64,000 nucleotides of DNA from Hyaloraphidium curvatum SAG 235-1 (taxonomy: Eukaryota > Fungi > Monoblepharomycota), in the NCBI GenBank assembly GCA_025558095.1, contig JAIVFI010000009.1:558001-622000 (forward strand), in the 5' to 3' direction. Of the stretch, positions 35,583 through 47,631 are shown piece after piece. The notes under the pieces were generated by a model. It was given only the letters and a program-made list of their open reading frames with translations. It ran no database searches and was not told the origin of the DNA. The translations under genes and the position numbers were made by a program. Positions within the stretch are counted from its first letter, which is position 1; every line of letters starts with the position of its first letter.

Positions 35583-36461
35583 TCGGGCGGCGGTCTCGAG
35601 GAAGGACCGCGAGATACCCGCGTATACGTGCCGAAGGGAACCGGGCTCCGTCGCTGCCATTCGTTTGCTTCTTCTTTAGACTGCTGCTGAACTCTTGTAA
35701 ACCAGCACCGGGAGTGGAATGGGGAGAGAGAGGGGAAGGACGCTTGCCGGCACCAGTTGGGCCGAATCCGTCCCGAAGGGCCCAAAAAGACGCCGCTCGG
35801 CACCGATCGGCGTCGACGTCGCCCGGGGAATGCGTTTCCAGCGGCCTTTTGCCCCGTTTCCAGAGGTCGATCCGGTGTTCGGCCCGCTCAGGTGCTGTGC
35901 AGCAGCAGCTGGGCTTCCCCGTCCCCTTGGCGAGGCCGGGAAGGCGCGAGGCCCGGGCAGCGCGTGCATCAAATTGCCAGGAGGCATGTCCCAGGGCTGC
36001 CAGGTGCTCGCGATGGCAGAGCACGGGGCGGAGCTCGAGCAGATTTGGAAATCGTGGCGGAGTGCGGATGCCAGCACTTCAAATAGGGTCTGCTCCCAAC
36101 ACTGGCCCGTCCACACCACAGCACGCCAGAACCCGTCCTAGCACATCTCCGGCGCGGCGCAGGCGGCAGCAGTGCGTGTCTTAGCGCATTCGCAGCGGCA
36201 CGGGGCGGCGGCGCGACGGCGGCGGTGTTTGGGCGATCGGCGCGGGACCGCGGCGGCACGCGACTCCGCGCCATCGCCGACACCGGGGCAGCTGGAGGGC
36301 CCGGGCACGTTGAGACTTCTCTCTTAACGAGAGTGGGCCCCGCCTGATTGGCGCCCGGCGTGCCCGGTGCGCCCGCCCGCCCGCCCGCCCCACCCCCGCC
36401 CCGCCCGGTGTTAGCACCGCATCTCACGCCCCGCAGCCCCCGCAGGGCACCCAACGCCGCC

Positions 36462-39234
<2,773 letters not shown>

Positions 39235-39466
39235 GCCGCTCGACGGGGCTGCGGGGCACCGGCGGCGGGCGGCGGCGGCGAAGGCAATCTGTGACGGCCA
39301 GCACGTTAGACGTTGCCCTCCCCCGCGGGGGAGGGTCCGGGTTGTTATGTTAACTTGTCGGATGTAGCGTTGCGGGATGATACCACTCTCTTTCCACCGC
39401 CGTGCGGTTTGCTTGACCGAGTTTGATCGATGAGATGGTCGTGGCGTCGCCTGTTTACTTCCTCAA

Positions 39467-41549
39467 ATGCTGCCCCGCCTGTGCCCCTCCTGCGCGTTCG
39501 CGCGGCGATGGAGCTCGACGTTGCCGCCGGTGCCGCCGCGGACCCGCGAGGAGCGCCTCCGCGCGATCCGGCAGCGCACCGCCGACGCCGCGCGTGGCGA
39601 CCGCGGCGCGCACATCCCGCAGCTGCTGCAGCGCGGGCAGCGCCGCGTGCCCGCGGCCGCGGGGATGCCGATCAGCTACGCGAAGCACATGCGCGTGCCG
39701 CCGTCGGAGCGCAGGTGGCCGGTGTGGACAACCGACCACGGCGTCGAGCGCGACTGGGCCAAGCTGTTCACGCCCAAGGCCGCGCAGGAGGAAGAGGAGA
39801 GGAGGAAAGAACTGAAGAAGAAGGGGCCCGAGTGGAAGTGGGACCTGGATTGGGCCGCCGAGAGGCCGCTGCCGGGGCCGGTGGGCACGAGGAAGCCGGG
39901 CTCGCGGTCGCTTTTGCGCAAACTGCGCGAGGAGCTGGAGGCACTGGCTCCCGCGCCTGCAGAGCCCCCGCCGCAGGCTGAGGACGATGCGTTTACGCTG
40001 GCAGAGCGCGAAATTGCGGGTTTGGTGGAGCCCACGGAGGGCGCCATCGCGGAGCTGTACGGCCGGCTGAGGACTTCGGCTAACGGCCTGCGTGAACCGT
40101 CGGACGCGCTGGGAGGGATGGTCGCGGCCCTTGTCCGGCATCTGGTACGCGGTGGCCACGAGGCGTTGGCAGAGAGCGCCCTCAAGACCTACCTGGGGGA
40201 TTGCGGCGTCGATATCGCGGCGGCGGGGGCGGGGAAGAAGGCCGCCAAGGGGGCAACCTCCAAACCGAAACCAAAATGGGATCTTTCGGCGAAGCCGGCT
40301 GCCGTGCTGGTCAGGCATTACGTTGATGGCGGGGAATTGCAGAAGGCGGCCGCACGTGGGTACCTGAAGTGGCCAGTTTCCATCAAAGACTGACCAAGGT
40401 TTCTGGCAACCCACAGTTTACTCGATCCACCCGCCGGCGAAGCGGCTCGCCTCCCTCCTTATCCCGCAGCTGGCCGCGACCGATCTCCCGCTCGCGATGG
40501 CGCACTTCCAGGCCTTGGCACGCAAGGAGGCACCGACGCTCCCCGTGTGCAACTCGCTCCTGCGCGCGTGCCTGGACTCGGGCAGCAGCAGCGCCACCGA
40601 CGTGTTCAGGGTGCTCCACGCGGCGCACCCGCCCAACTCGGAGACCACACGCATCCTCCTCCGCCACTCCTCGGACCTCGAAGAGGTCCGCACCGTGCTC
40701 GTGGACTCGCTGCGCTACCACAAGCGCAACGAGCACGTCCTCCGCGACGCCGTCGACGCCATCGTCCGCCTCGCCGGCGACGACACCAAGGACGCCCTCC
40801 AGGCCTTCCGCAACTGGGCCTCGCACGCGCTCCCCTGGCCGCTCCCCGAGCCCGCGCAGGCCCGCATCGCATGGTACCTCTCCCATCTCGGCACGCTGCC
40901 CCGCATAGCCGACGCCTCTCGCGCTGCGCCGGGGACCGTGGGCGCGCTGCTCCGCGCCGCGAAGGACGCGGCGCCGGTGCGGAGGCTGTACGCGCAGATG
41001 TCGGACGACGCGATCCCCGATCCCGTGCTGGCGCGGATCGTCGAGGCGCTGGGGAGGACGGGGGACACCGAGGGCGTGGCTGAGGTGTTCCGCGCGCAGC
41101 AGCAGCGCGGGCGGAGGCTATCGCCGGGGCTTCTGCGCGCTTTCGTCGGGGCGTTGCGAAGCCAGCCCGAGCTGGCTCAGCGGTTCATCAGGCAGACGGG
41201 GGCCGGCGCCGGGGCGGCGGTGGAGATGCTCGAGGGGATCGGCGGCGCCGAGATGCACATGCTTCCCTCGGTGCTGGGGATGCTGGTGGAGAGGGGCGTC
41301 GAGGGTGTGCCTAGGGAAAAGGTGGCCCGCGCGCTGCGGAGGGTGGTCACGAGGGCGGCGGGCAAGGCCGACGCGGCCAGGGGCGAGGACGAGGAGGCGA
41401 TGGAGCTGCTGCGCGACGCGGTGGCGAGGGCCGCGGCGAGGGCGCTGGAGGAGGCGGGGCGGGGTGTGAGGGAGGGCAAGGACGTGGACGAGGCGGTTGA
41501 CCGACTCGAGGCGTTCCTGGGCCCCGAGATCAAGGAGGAGGGGAAGTAG
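39467..41549 (+). CDS. Putative mitochondrial helical-repeat (PPR-like) protein
   Basis: Presequence-like MLPRLCPSCAFARRWSS. An intron at about 40356-40417 joins the 308-aa and 350-aa ORFs in frame. PPR-like PTLPVCNSLLRAC and PVLARIVEALGRTGDTEGVAEVF. Confidence 0.6.
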
Positions 41550-41609
41550 ATATTTTGGTGCCTATCTACAGTCAGAATGAGACCATTTCTGGCAATGGAT
41601 ATCGATTGA

Positions 41610-43118
41610 TCACTTCTTGAGCTCTGCGAGAGCGTCCGGGCACGCCATGCCAAGCTCGTCCACGGTCCGCAGCAATGCTCGGACCCTGTCCATATCACCC
41701 CAGATAACCAGCACCTCCAGTAGTGCCACGTTGTTGCTCTCCGGAGCCGACGGGACCGCAAGAGTCGCCATCGCCGACTCGAAGGCCTCGAGCGCCGCCT
41801 TCATCGGCGCGTCGACCTCGGCATCCGGTTCCGCAGCCGAGCTCTTTTGCAGCGAATCGAACCGGGACGAAAGCGCCCTGAGGTACGACGCAGCTGCGAC
41901 CTTGGCAGCGACGATGGCGTCGCGCTGCGCTGGGAACCGCCGCAGGAGGGCGGCCACGGAAACGGCGAGGGCCGACAGGGGCGGGGCAGAGACCGAGAGG
42001 AGGGTGTTGCTCCGATCCAGCGGCGGCCTGGGGTTCGGGGAGGGTTCGATCGACATTGGGGGAGGCGTCCGCAGATCCAGTCTGACGTCGCCGTCGGCCT
42101 CGGCGTCGACTAAACTGCCGTCCGGTCCCTCAACAACAATGGGCTTCACGTCCTCCATGACGGCGCCGTTCTCGTCCGGCGCGTTTCCCGTGTGCTCGTC
42201 CAGATAAAGAAGGGAAAGCTTGGCATGGTAGATATCCGCGAGCACGTTGTAAACCACTCGGCAGCACCGAAGGAGCTCCACGAGCGGCGCCGCTCTCACG
42301 CGCCATTTGCCCTTGCTCCGGCTGATCCTGAATTCGAAGCCGAGGGCCGCGTCGATCGTCGCGCCGAGCGCTTCCACGGCTTTCCGCACCGCGGCGATCT
42401 TCGGCCGCACCAGGTTTTCCAGCTCGGAGCGCGAGAGGGGTTCCTCGGTCAGAAACACGGCGTCGATCGTCGTCTCGGTCGCCGCCGCGAGCTTGGCGAT
42501 GATGTCGGCGTTGCCGGACACCGCCTTGTCCGAAGCCCGCGGCGAGAGGAGCAGGCCGAAGAGGGAAGCAATGCCGACTCCGATGAGGATGGCAATGGAC
42601 CGCGCCAGCGCGTAGCTCATGATGTAGCCGACATTCTCGTTGTACTGCGTGTCGAGGAGGATGTAGGCGGTGTTGGTTACAATGGCGAACGTCAGGAGCG
42701 TGTATTGGAAGCCGTAGTCGTACGCCTTCCAGCGCGGCTGCAACTTCAGGTGCACCACGAAGTACGAGAGCACTATCCAGATGATGCCGAATATGTAGGG
42801 CTTCCAGGAGCACACGAGGCACGGAGACGGGGGCATGTACACCAGCGCGAGAACCTCGGCCGCTCCGAGCCCGGCTCCCACCAAGGTCCCAGCCACACGG
42901 AGGGATCCGAAGCGGAGTACGGAACCGAACACGCCTCGGTCGGAGATCATGACCGCCGTGATGACGACCCAGTCCGATGCGGTCGCCAGCGGCGTCCAGC
43001 CTCTGAGGGGCGGGATAACGACGAACAGGAGGGCGACGAAGAACACGAGGGAGCACGAGGCGGCATAGGGATCCAGGTGGACGTAGTTGCACGCCGCGGC
43101 GACGTAGCTTCCGAGCAT
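41610..43118 (-). CDS. ALMT / aromatic-acid-exporter (FUSC) family anion channel
   Basis: About 6 N-terminal TMs with WVVITAVMI..GSVLRFGSLRVAGTLVG, YDYGFQYTLLTF, ARSIAILIG; helical cytosolic C-terminal half; intronless. Confidence 0.8.
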   Translation of the reverse strand: MLGSYVAAACNYVHLDPYAASCSLVFFVALLFVVIPPLRGWTPLATASDWVVITAVMISDRGVFGSVLRFGSLRVAGTLVGAGLGAAEVLALVYMPPSPCLVCSWKPYIFGIIWIVLSYFVVHLKLQPRWKAYDYGFQYTLLTFAIVTNTAYILLDTQYNENVGYIMSYALARSIAILIGVGIASLFGLLLSPRASDKAVSGNADIIAKLAAATETTIDAVFLTEEPLSRSELENLVRPKIAAVRKAVEALGATIDAALGFEFRISRSKGKWRVRAAPLVELLRCCRVVYNVLADIYHAKLSLLYLDEHTGNAPDENGAVMEDVKPIVVEGPDGSLVDAEADGDVRLDLRTPPPMSIEPSPNPRPPLDRSNTLLSVSAPPLSALAVSVAALLRRFPAQRDAIVAAKVAAASYLRALSSRFDSLQKSSAAEPDAEVDAPMKAALEAFESAMATLAVPSAPESNNVALLEVLVIWGDMDRVRALLRTVDELGMACPDALAELKK

Positions 43119-43200
43119 CTCAGGCCTCCCATCCGCGGTTCAGTCGGGGCGTTGATTGATCGCGGAGTCCGGGACCAGCGAAGCGGAACCGAAGACTCCG

Positions 43201-44154
43201 ATGGACAGCGACGACGAGGGCCTCCTCGGCCCGCGGCCGCGGCGGGAGCGGCCTGCGCGGTGGACTTTCTTCCTGCACGTCGCTTTTGCGGTGCTGCTTC
43301 TCGCGGCCGTGTCGGCCGTCTTCATGCCGCGCGTGCGCACGCGGACGTCTGCGCATCCGCCGACGGCAACGAGCGACTCCGCTCAGGCGTCCTCGTCTCC
43401 CTCGCCGGTCGCCAAGGAGGCGCCGCTGTCGACATTTCTCCCCTCGCGGTTGCGGTTGCTGGACTCGCGGACGGGTGGGAACGAGCCGCCGAAGTTCCTC
43501 TTCCGCGGCAACGGGCCGTTCCTCCCCGAAAACGCCTCTGACCCCGAATCGCCGCTGCGGTTCGCGTACGATGAGCTGGTGGCCGCCATGCGGGAGGTGG
43601 CCGCGGGCAACGGCACGGAAATGCCGCCGCGGCTGTACCTCCACGTCTTCACGCTGCTGGACCCGGTCATGGAAAAGACGGGCGTCGATTTGGAGAGAGA
43701 CTTCTTCGACGAGGAGAGGGAGAAGGGTGAGATGGTCAACTGGCCGCTAATTGGAGACGTCGACCTGCCGTCGAAGCTGCCCGAAGCCGAGCGCCGGCGG
43801 CGCGCGGCGGCTCTCGAGTCGTGGCAGCCCGACAGGCTCGTTGAACGGACAGCGACGATGCGCTCGCTTTTCCTGGCAGGCGTGCCCAAATTTTATCTGA
43901 TCGACTCGGAAGCCATGGAGGACCTGCCCGAGGGCGCGCCGCACGCGGCCTTTGTCGCCTTCTTCCACTGTAACCACGGGCAAGATCGGACGGGGGAGCT
44001 CGCGGCCGCGTACCGGATACGCTACTTCAACAGCACGGCCGAGGCCGAGCTGGAGGAGAACATGCGGATCGGCATGGACGTGCCGGAAAACATCAACGCG
44101 GTTTGGTGGTTTGGCGAATGGAAGATGGCCAATGCCACCGCCTCGGCGGTCTGA
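43201..44154 (+). CDS. Type II membrane CX5R (PTP-fold) phosphatase
   Basis: One TM (FFLHVAFAVLLLAAVSAVFM), FLFRGN, P-loop FHCNHGQDRTG; intronless. Confidence 0.8.
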   Translation: MDSDDEGLLGPRPRRERPARWTFFLHVAFAVLLLAAVSAVFMPRVRTRTSAHPPTATSDSAQASSSPSPVAKEAPLSTFLPSRLRLLDSRTGGNEPPKFLFRGNGPFLPENASDPESPLRFAYDELVAAMREVAAGNGTEMPPRLYLHVFTLLDPVMEKTGVDLERDFFDEEREKGEMVNWPLIGDVDLPSKLPEAERRRRAAALESWQPDRLVERTATMRSLFLAGVPKFYLIDSEAMEDLPEGAPHAAFVAFFHCNHGQDRTGELAAAYRIRYFNSTAEAELEENMRIGMDVPENINAVWWFGEWKMANATASAV

Positions 44155-44156
44155 AT

Positions 44157-44209
44157 TGGGCCGGGAAGCCAGGATTGCGGATTGATCTGGGCCCGGAAGC
44201 CAGGATTGC
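44157..44209. repeat. Imperfect 22-bp direct repeat between convergent genes
   Basis: TGGGCCGGGAAGCCAGGATTGC at 44157 and TGGGCCCGGAAGCCAGGATTGC at 44188. Confidence 0.7.
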
Positions 44210-44288
44210 TAGAAGAGATTGTACAGACTCGTTGGTATCGCGGTATCGGAAGATCTCGCGCAGGCGCCGCTTCGCTCCTTCGGTCGCC

Positions 44289-44950
44289 CTACTCGTCCTT
44301 CATTTCCTCGGCCTCCTCGCCCTCGGCAATGGGCACCATGTTGGCGGGGTCCTGTGCCAGCTCGTCCGCCATGGCGAGAAGCCTGGGATCGGAACCGTCA
44401 GTCGAATGCCCGAAAGCGCGTCCCTCACTCCGGCGGCAGCACAGAGCAATTCGCTCTGCAACCGGCCATGTAAGCGCTTCCAGCCGACCCCACCTCTCGA
44501 CGAAGCCCTTGCGGCTGTCCGCGTCGCTCTCGAGCCTGCCCTTCACCCCGCCCACGTCCCCCTTCTTCACCACCTCCTTGCCGCCCTCGGTGGCGGCCCG
44601 CACCATTTTGCCGACGATATCCTTGGCCTCGTCCATGCAGAATTTGTCCACGCGCGCGAGGACCGCCGGGTGCGGGAAGATCTGGAGCTGTTCCAGCTGC
44701 GCCAGCGTCGACGGGCGAAGGCGCGAGTAGGTCGACGTGAGGAGAGCCGTGAGGGCTTGCTAGAAGCGCGGATCCGGGCGGCAGGGCAGGTCAGGGAGGG
44801 GGAGGAGAGCGGGGAGCGGGACCAACGTCCTCGGCCACGAGCCCGGGGGGAATGCGCTCGCCGCGTTCTTCGTCCATTCTACGCAGGGAGAGAGGTGTCA
44901 GGGGCGCGGAATAGCAGCCGGCGGCGCGGAGGTGGAACAAACCCCATCAT
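44289..44950 (-). CDS. Small unknown protein, possible histone-fold; 5' exons uncertain
   Basis: Coding-like exon from 44759 (QALTALL...DEAKDIVGKMVRAATEGGKEVVKKGDV...) flanked by CTGAC..AG acceptors; final exon ends EMKDE* at 44289. Confidence 0.45.
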
Positions 44951-45072
44951 CTTTGGCTCTGCTGAAGTTCTCGGGGACGGTTGTCACAGCCGAGCAGCGC
45001 GTAGCGCACGTTCACGTCGACGACCGGTGCTCACATCGTAACCCAAGCAACAACCCTAACCATCTATGTGTG

Positions 45073-46101
45073 TCACTCATCTGCCTCCAATCCACCCGCT
45101 CGCAGCCCCAGCAGCCATTTGCTGACACCGTCAAAGAACTCGGCCGGCCTGTCAACCTGCACCCAGTGCCCCGCGTCGATCTCGCAGACCTCGAGATTCG
45201 GAAAGAAACCCTCCCTGATCGCGCCGTACGCGTCGGGAGGTACGAAGTTGCTACGAGCTCCAACGACAAACAGCGTCGGTCCGGCAAAGGTCCGTTCCCC
45301 GGAAGTGATTGGAAAGTCAAACACTGGCCCATGGAGGTACTCGCGGAGCACGGGCAGGTTAGGCCGCACGGTGAAGTACGGCGGATGCGGGTGGTGCGCC
45401 AGGTTTGTCTGCAGAAAGTGCCGCACAGAGGGGTCGGCCTCGAAGTCCTTCAAGATGGCGTCCACTTCCTCCTTGGTCCCCGCGCCGCGCCGGATCACCT
45501 CGTCCAGGCCGTCAATGTACCGCTCAATCCTCGCAGCCTCGCCTTCCGGCTCCAAATGAAGCGGCGAGCCGTCCACCGCGACGAGCGCGGCCGTGCGATC
45601 GGGGTGCTTGAGCGCAAAGACCATCGCCACCTTCGATCCCATCGAATGTGCGCAGAGCGACGCCTTGGGGATGTGGTGCGTGTCCAAGAAGAACAGCAGG
45701 TCCTCCGCCATGGCTTCGAACGTGTGCACGGCGTTGTGCGGGGAATGGCCGTGGTTCCGCATGTCGAGCGCGTAAACTTCCATTCCGAGCGCCGTGGCGA
45801 ACTTGTTCGACAGCGTGGTCCAGTTCCGCTTCGAGCCCAGCAGACCGTGGAGCACGATTAAGGGGGCAGATTGAGGATCGTGCGCTTTGGGATGGAATTG
45901 ACGATAGGAAAGCGTCACGGCCTCGTGGCGGTGGTGATGTGGGAGAGGTGGAGGAGGTTGGCGGGGTTCCCGCTTCCAGGCCTGCTTCCAGCGGCGTCCA
46001 TCGATCCGCAACGAAGATGGAAACGGTGTTTGTTGGCCACAGGAGGCGACCAGGCCCGCGATGGCGCCGCGAGATAGCGAGACGCGTTGCGGTCGAAGCA
46101 T
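45073..46101 (-). CDS. ABHD11: ABHD11/YbfF-like alpha/beta hydrolase, likely mitochondrial
   Basis: LIVLHGLLGSKRNW, DMRNHGHSPH, AHSMGSKVAM, VRHFLQTNL, FAGPTLFVVG, AGHWVQVDRP; Arg-rich leader. Confidence 0.85.
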   Translation of the reverse strand: MLRPQRVSLSRGAIAGLVASCGQQTPFPSSLRIDGRRWKQAWKREPRQPPPPLPHHHRHEAVTLSYRQFHPKAHDPQSAPLIVLHGLLGSKRNWTTLSNKFATALGMEVYALDMRNHGHSPHNAVHTFEAMAEDLLFFLDTHHIPKASLCAHSMGSKVAMVFALKHPDRTAALVAVDGSPLHLEPEGEAARIERYIDGLDEVIRRGAGTKEEVDAILKDFEADPSVRHFLQTNLAHHPHPPYFTVRPNLPVLREYLHGPVFDFPITSGERTFAGPTLFVVGARSNFVPPDAYGAIREGFFPNLEVCEIDAGHWVQVDRPAEFFDGVSKWLLGLRAGGLEADE

Positions 46102-46393
46102 CGCCGCCGTTCCTCCGAGGAGATGCGATCCGGGCCAGAACGCGCTCCAAGTGGCGTGATTCGTTAGCTGGCGAAGCGCTGCGTGGCCCTAGGCGCGTTC
46201 CTTAAGCCGCGTGCCCCATCTCAATCACGGAGTTTGAGTACCTCATCGCGCTTTGCCACCCAACGGTTCGGCTTCGTCTCGGCCCGGGACACAGTCGCGG
46301 AGCGGCCGCTTCCGCCGTTTCCCCCATTGGACTGATTGCGACGGCTGACATCGTATCGCTCGCCCGGTCGCCCGCTCTCCGACAAACCCAGCT

Positions 46394-47408
46394 ATGGCCG
46401 AAGTCGCCTTCAAGCGCCTCTCCTTCCGGGGCGACGGCGGCGTCACCCTCGTCGCAGACAGCTACGGCGACCCGACGGCGAAGCTCAAATGCCTGTTCCT
46501 CCACGGCGGAGGGCAGACCCGGCATTCGTGGGGCGGGACCGCTCGGGAGCTCGCGGGCAAAGGATGGTACACCGTGTCGGCGGACTTGCGGGGCCACGGT
46601 GAATCGGAGTGGAGCACTACGGGGGACTACTCGATGGTCTGTCGTCGGAAGGGTCGTGAACTGAGCGGACAAGCGGTCTGACGGCCCCGGTTTCCAGGAT
46701 GCGTTCCAGGAGGACGTTCTCATTCTGCTCCGCGCGCTTGGCGGCGCGGTCGTGGTCGGAGCCTCAATGGGCGGCACCTCGGCGATGTGCGCGGCGCCGA
46801 GCGCGGGTCCGCTGATGAAGGCCCTGATCCTGGTCGACATCTCGATCCACAACGAGCCCAAGGGCATCGACCGGATCGTGACCTTCAGTGCGTAACTTGG
46901 CGAGCCCGGGACCGATCGCTTACCATTCTCATTATCTTCTGCCGCATTGACAGTGACGGGCAAGCGAGAGTTCGACACGCTGGAAGAGGTCGCGGACCGC
47001 ATCGCCTCGTACCTCCCGCACCGGCCCCGCCCCAAGGATCTCAACGGCCTGACCAAGAACCTCCGCAAGCTGCCCAACGGCAAGTGGGCTTGGCACTGGG
47101 ATCCGAATTTCATGACCCGCGACCGCGGGCCGCGCCGCCGCCGCGACGAGGACTCGACCGACGTCGGCGACCGTGTGTCCTACCTTGAAGAGCGCGCGCG
47201 GCAGATCACCTGCCCCGTTCTGCTGGTCAGGGGCAAGCTGTCGGACGTGGTGTCGGAAAAATCGGCGGAGGAGTTCCGGCGGATCGTGCCGCAGGCCGGT
47301 TTTGTCGACGTGGCTGGGGCGTCACACATGGTCGCCGGGGACGCCAACGACGCATTCACGAACGTGATCCTGAACTGGCTCGACACGCTGCCCACGGCGA
47401 AGCTCTGA
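46394..47408 (+). CDS. Alpha/beta hydrolase of bacterial cofactor-free haloperoxidase/esterase (Bpo-like) type; PTS1 -AKL
   Basis: FLHGGGQTRHSW, DLRGHGESEWS, VGASMGG, LILVDI, WHWDP, SHMVAGDANDAF; 2 introns (about 46637-46698 and 46888-46953); ends PTAKL*. Confidence 0.88.
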
Positions 47409-47631
47409 TCGTGATAGTGAGGCTCGATACGTTAGCGGTAAAGTGCGCAAAGCTCCGATCGGGCTGTAGGAAACGGAGGGGGAGACCCCCCCCCCCCCCC
47501 ACGGACATTCCTGGTTCCGTTTGGAATCTGATCGGGTCACATCTAGACATTTGTACATGCTTGAGTCGGGAAATGGCATGTTGGTAGCCTCGCGTCTCAA
47601 AACGAGGAATGCAACAACACGCCCCTTACCC

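Noticed and set aside
47486-47500. C15 homopolymer upstream of the 7-TM gene
   Set aside because: A simple run with possible G-quadruplex potential, but no supporting evidence and prone to length error.
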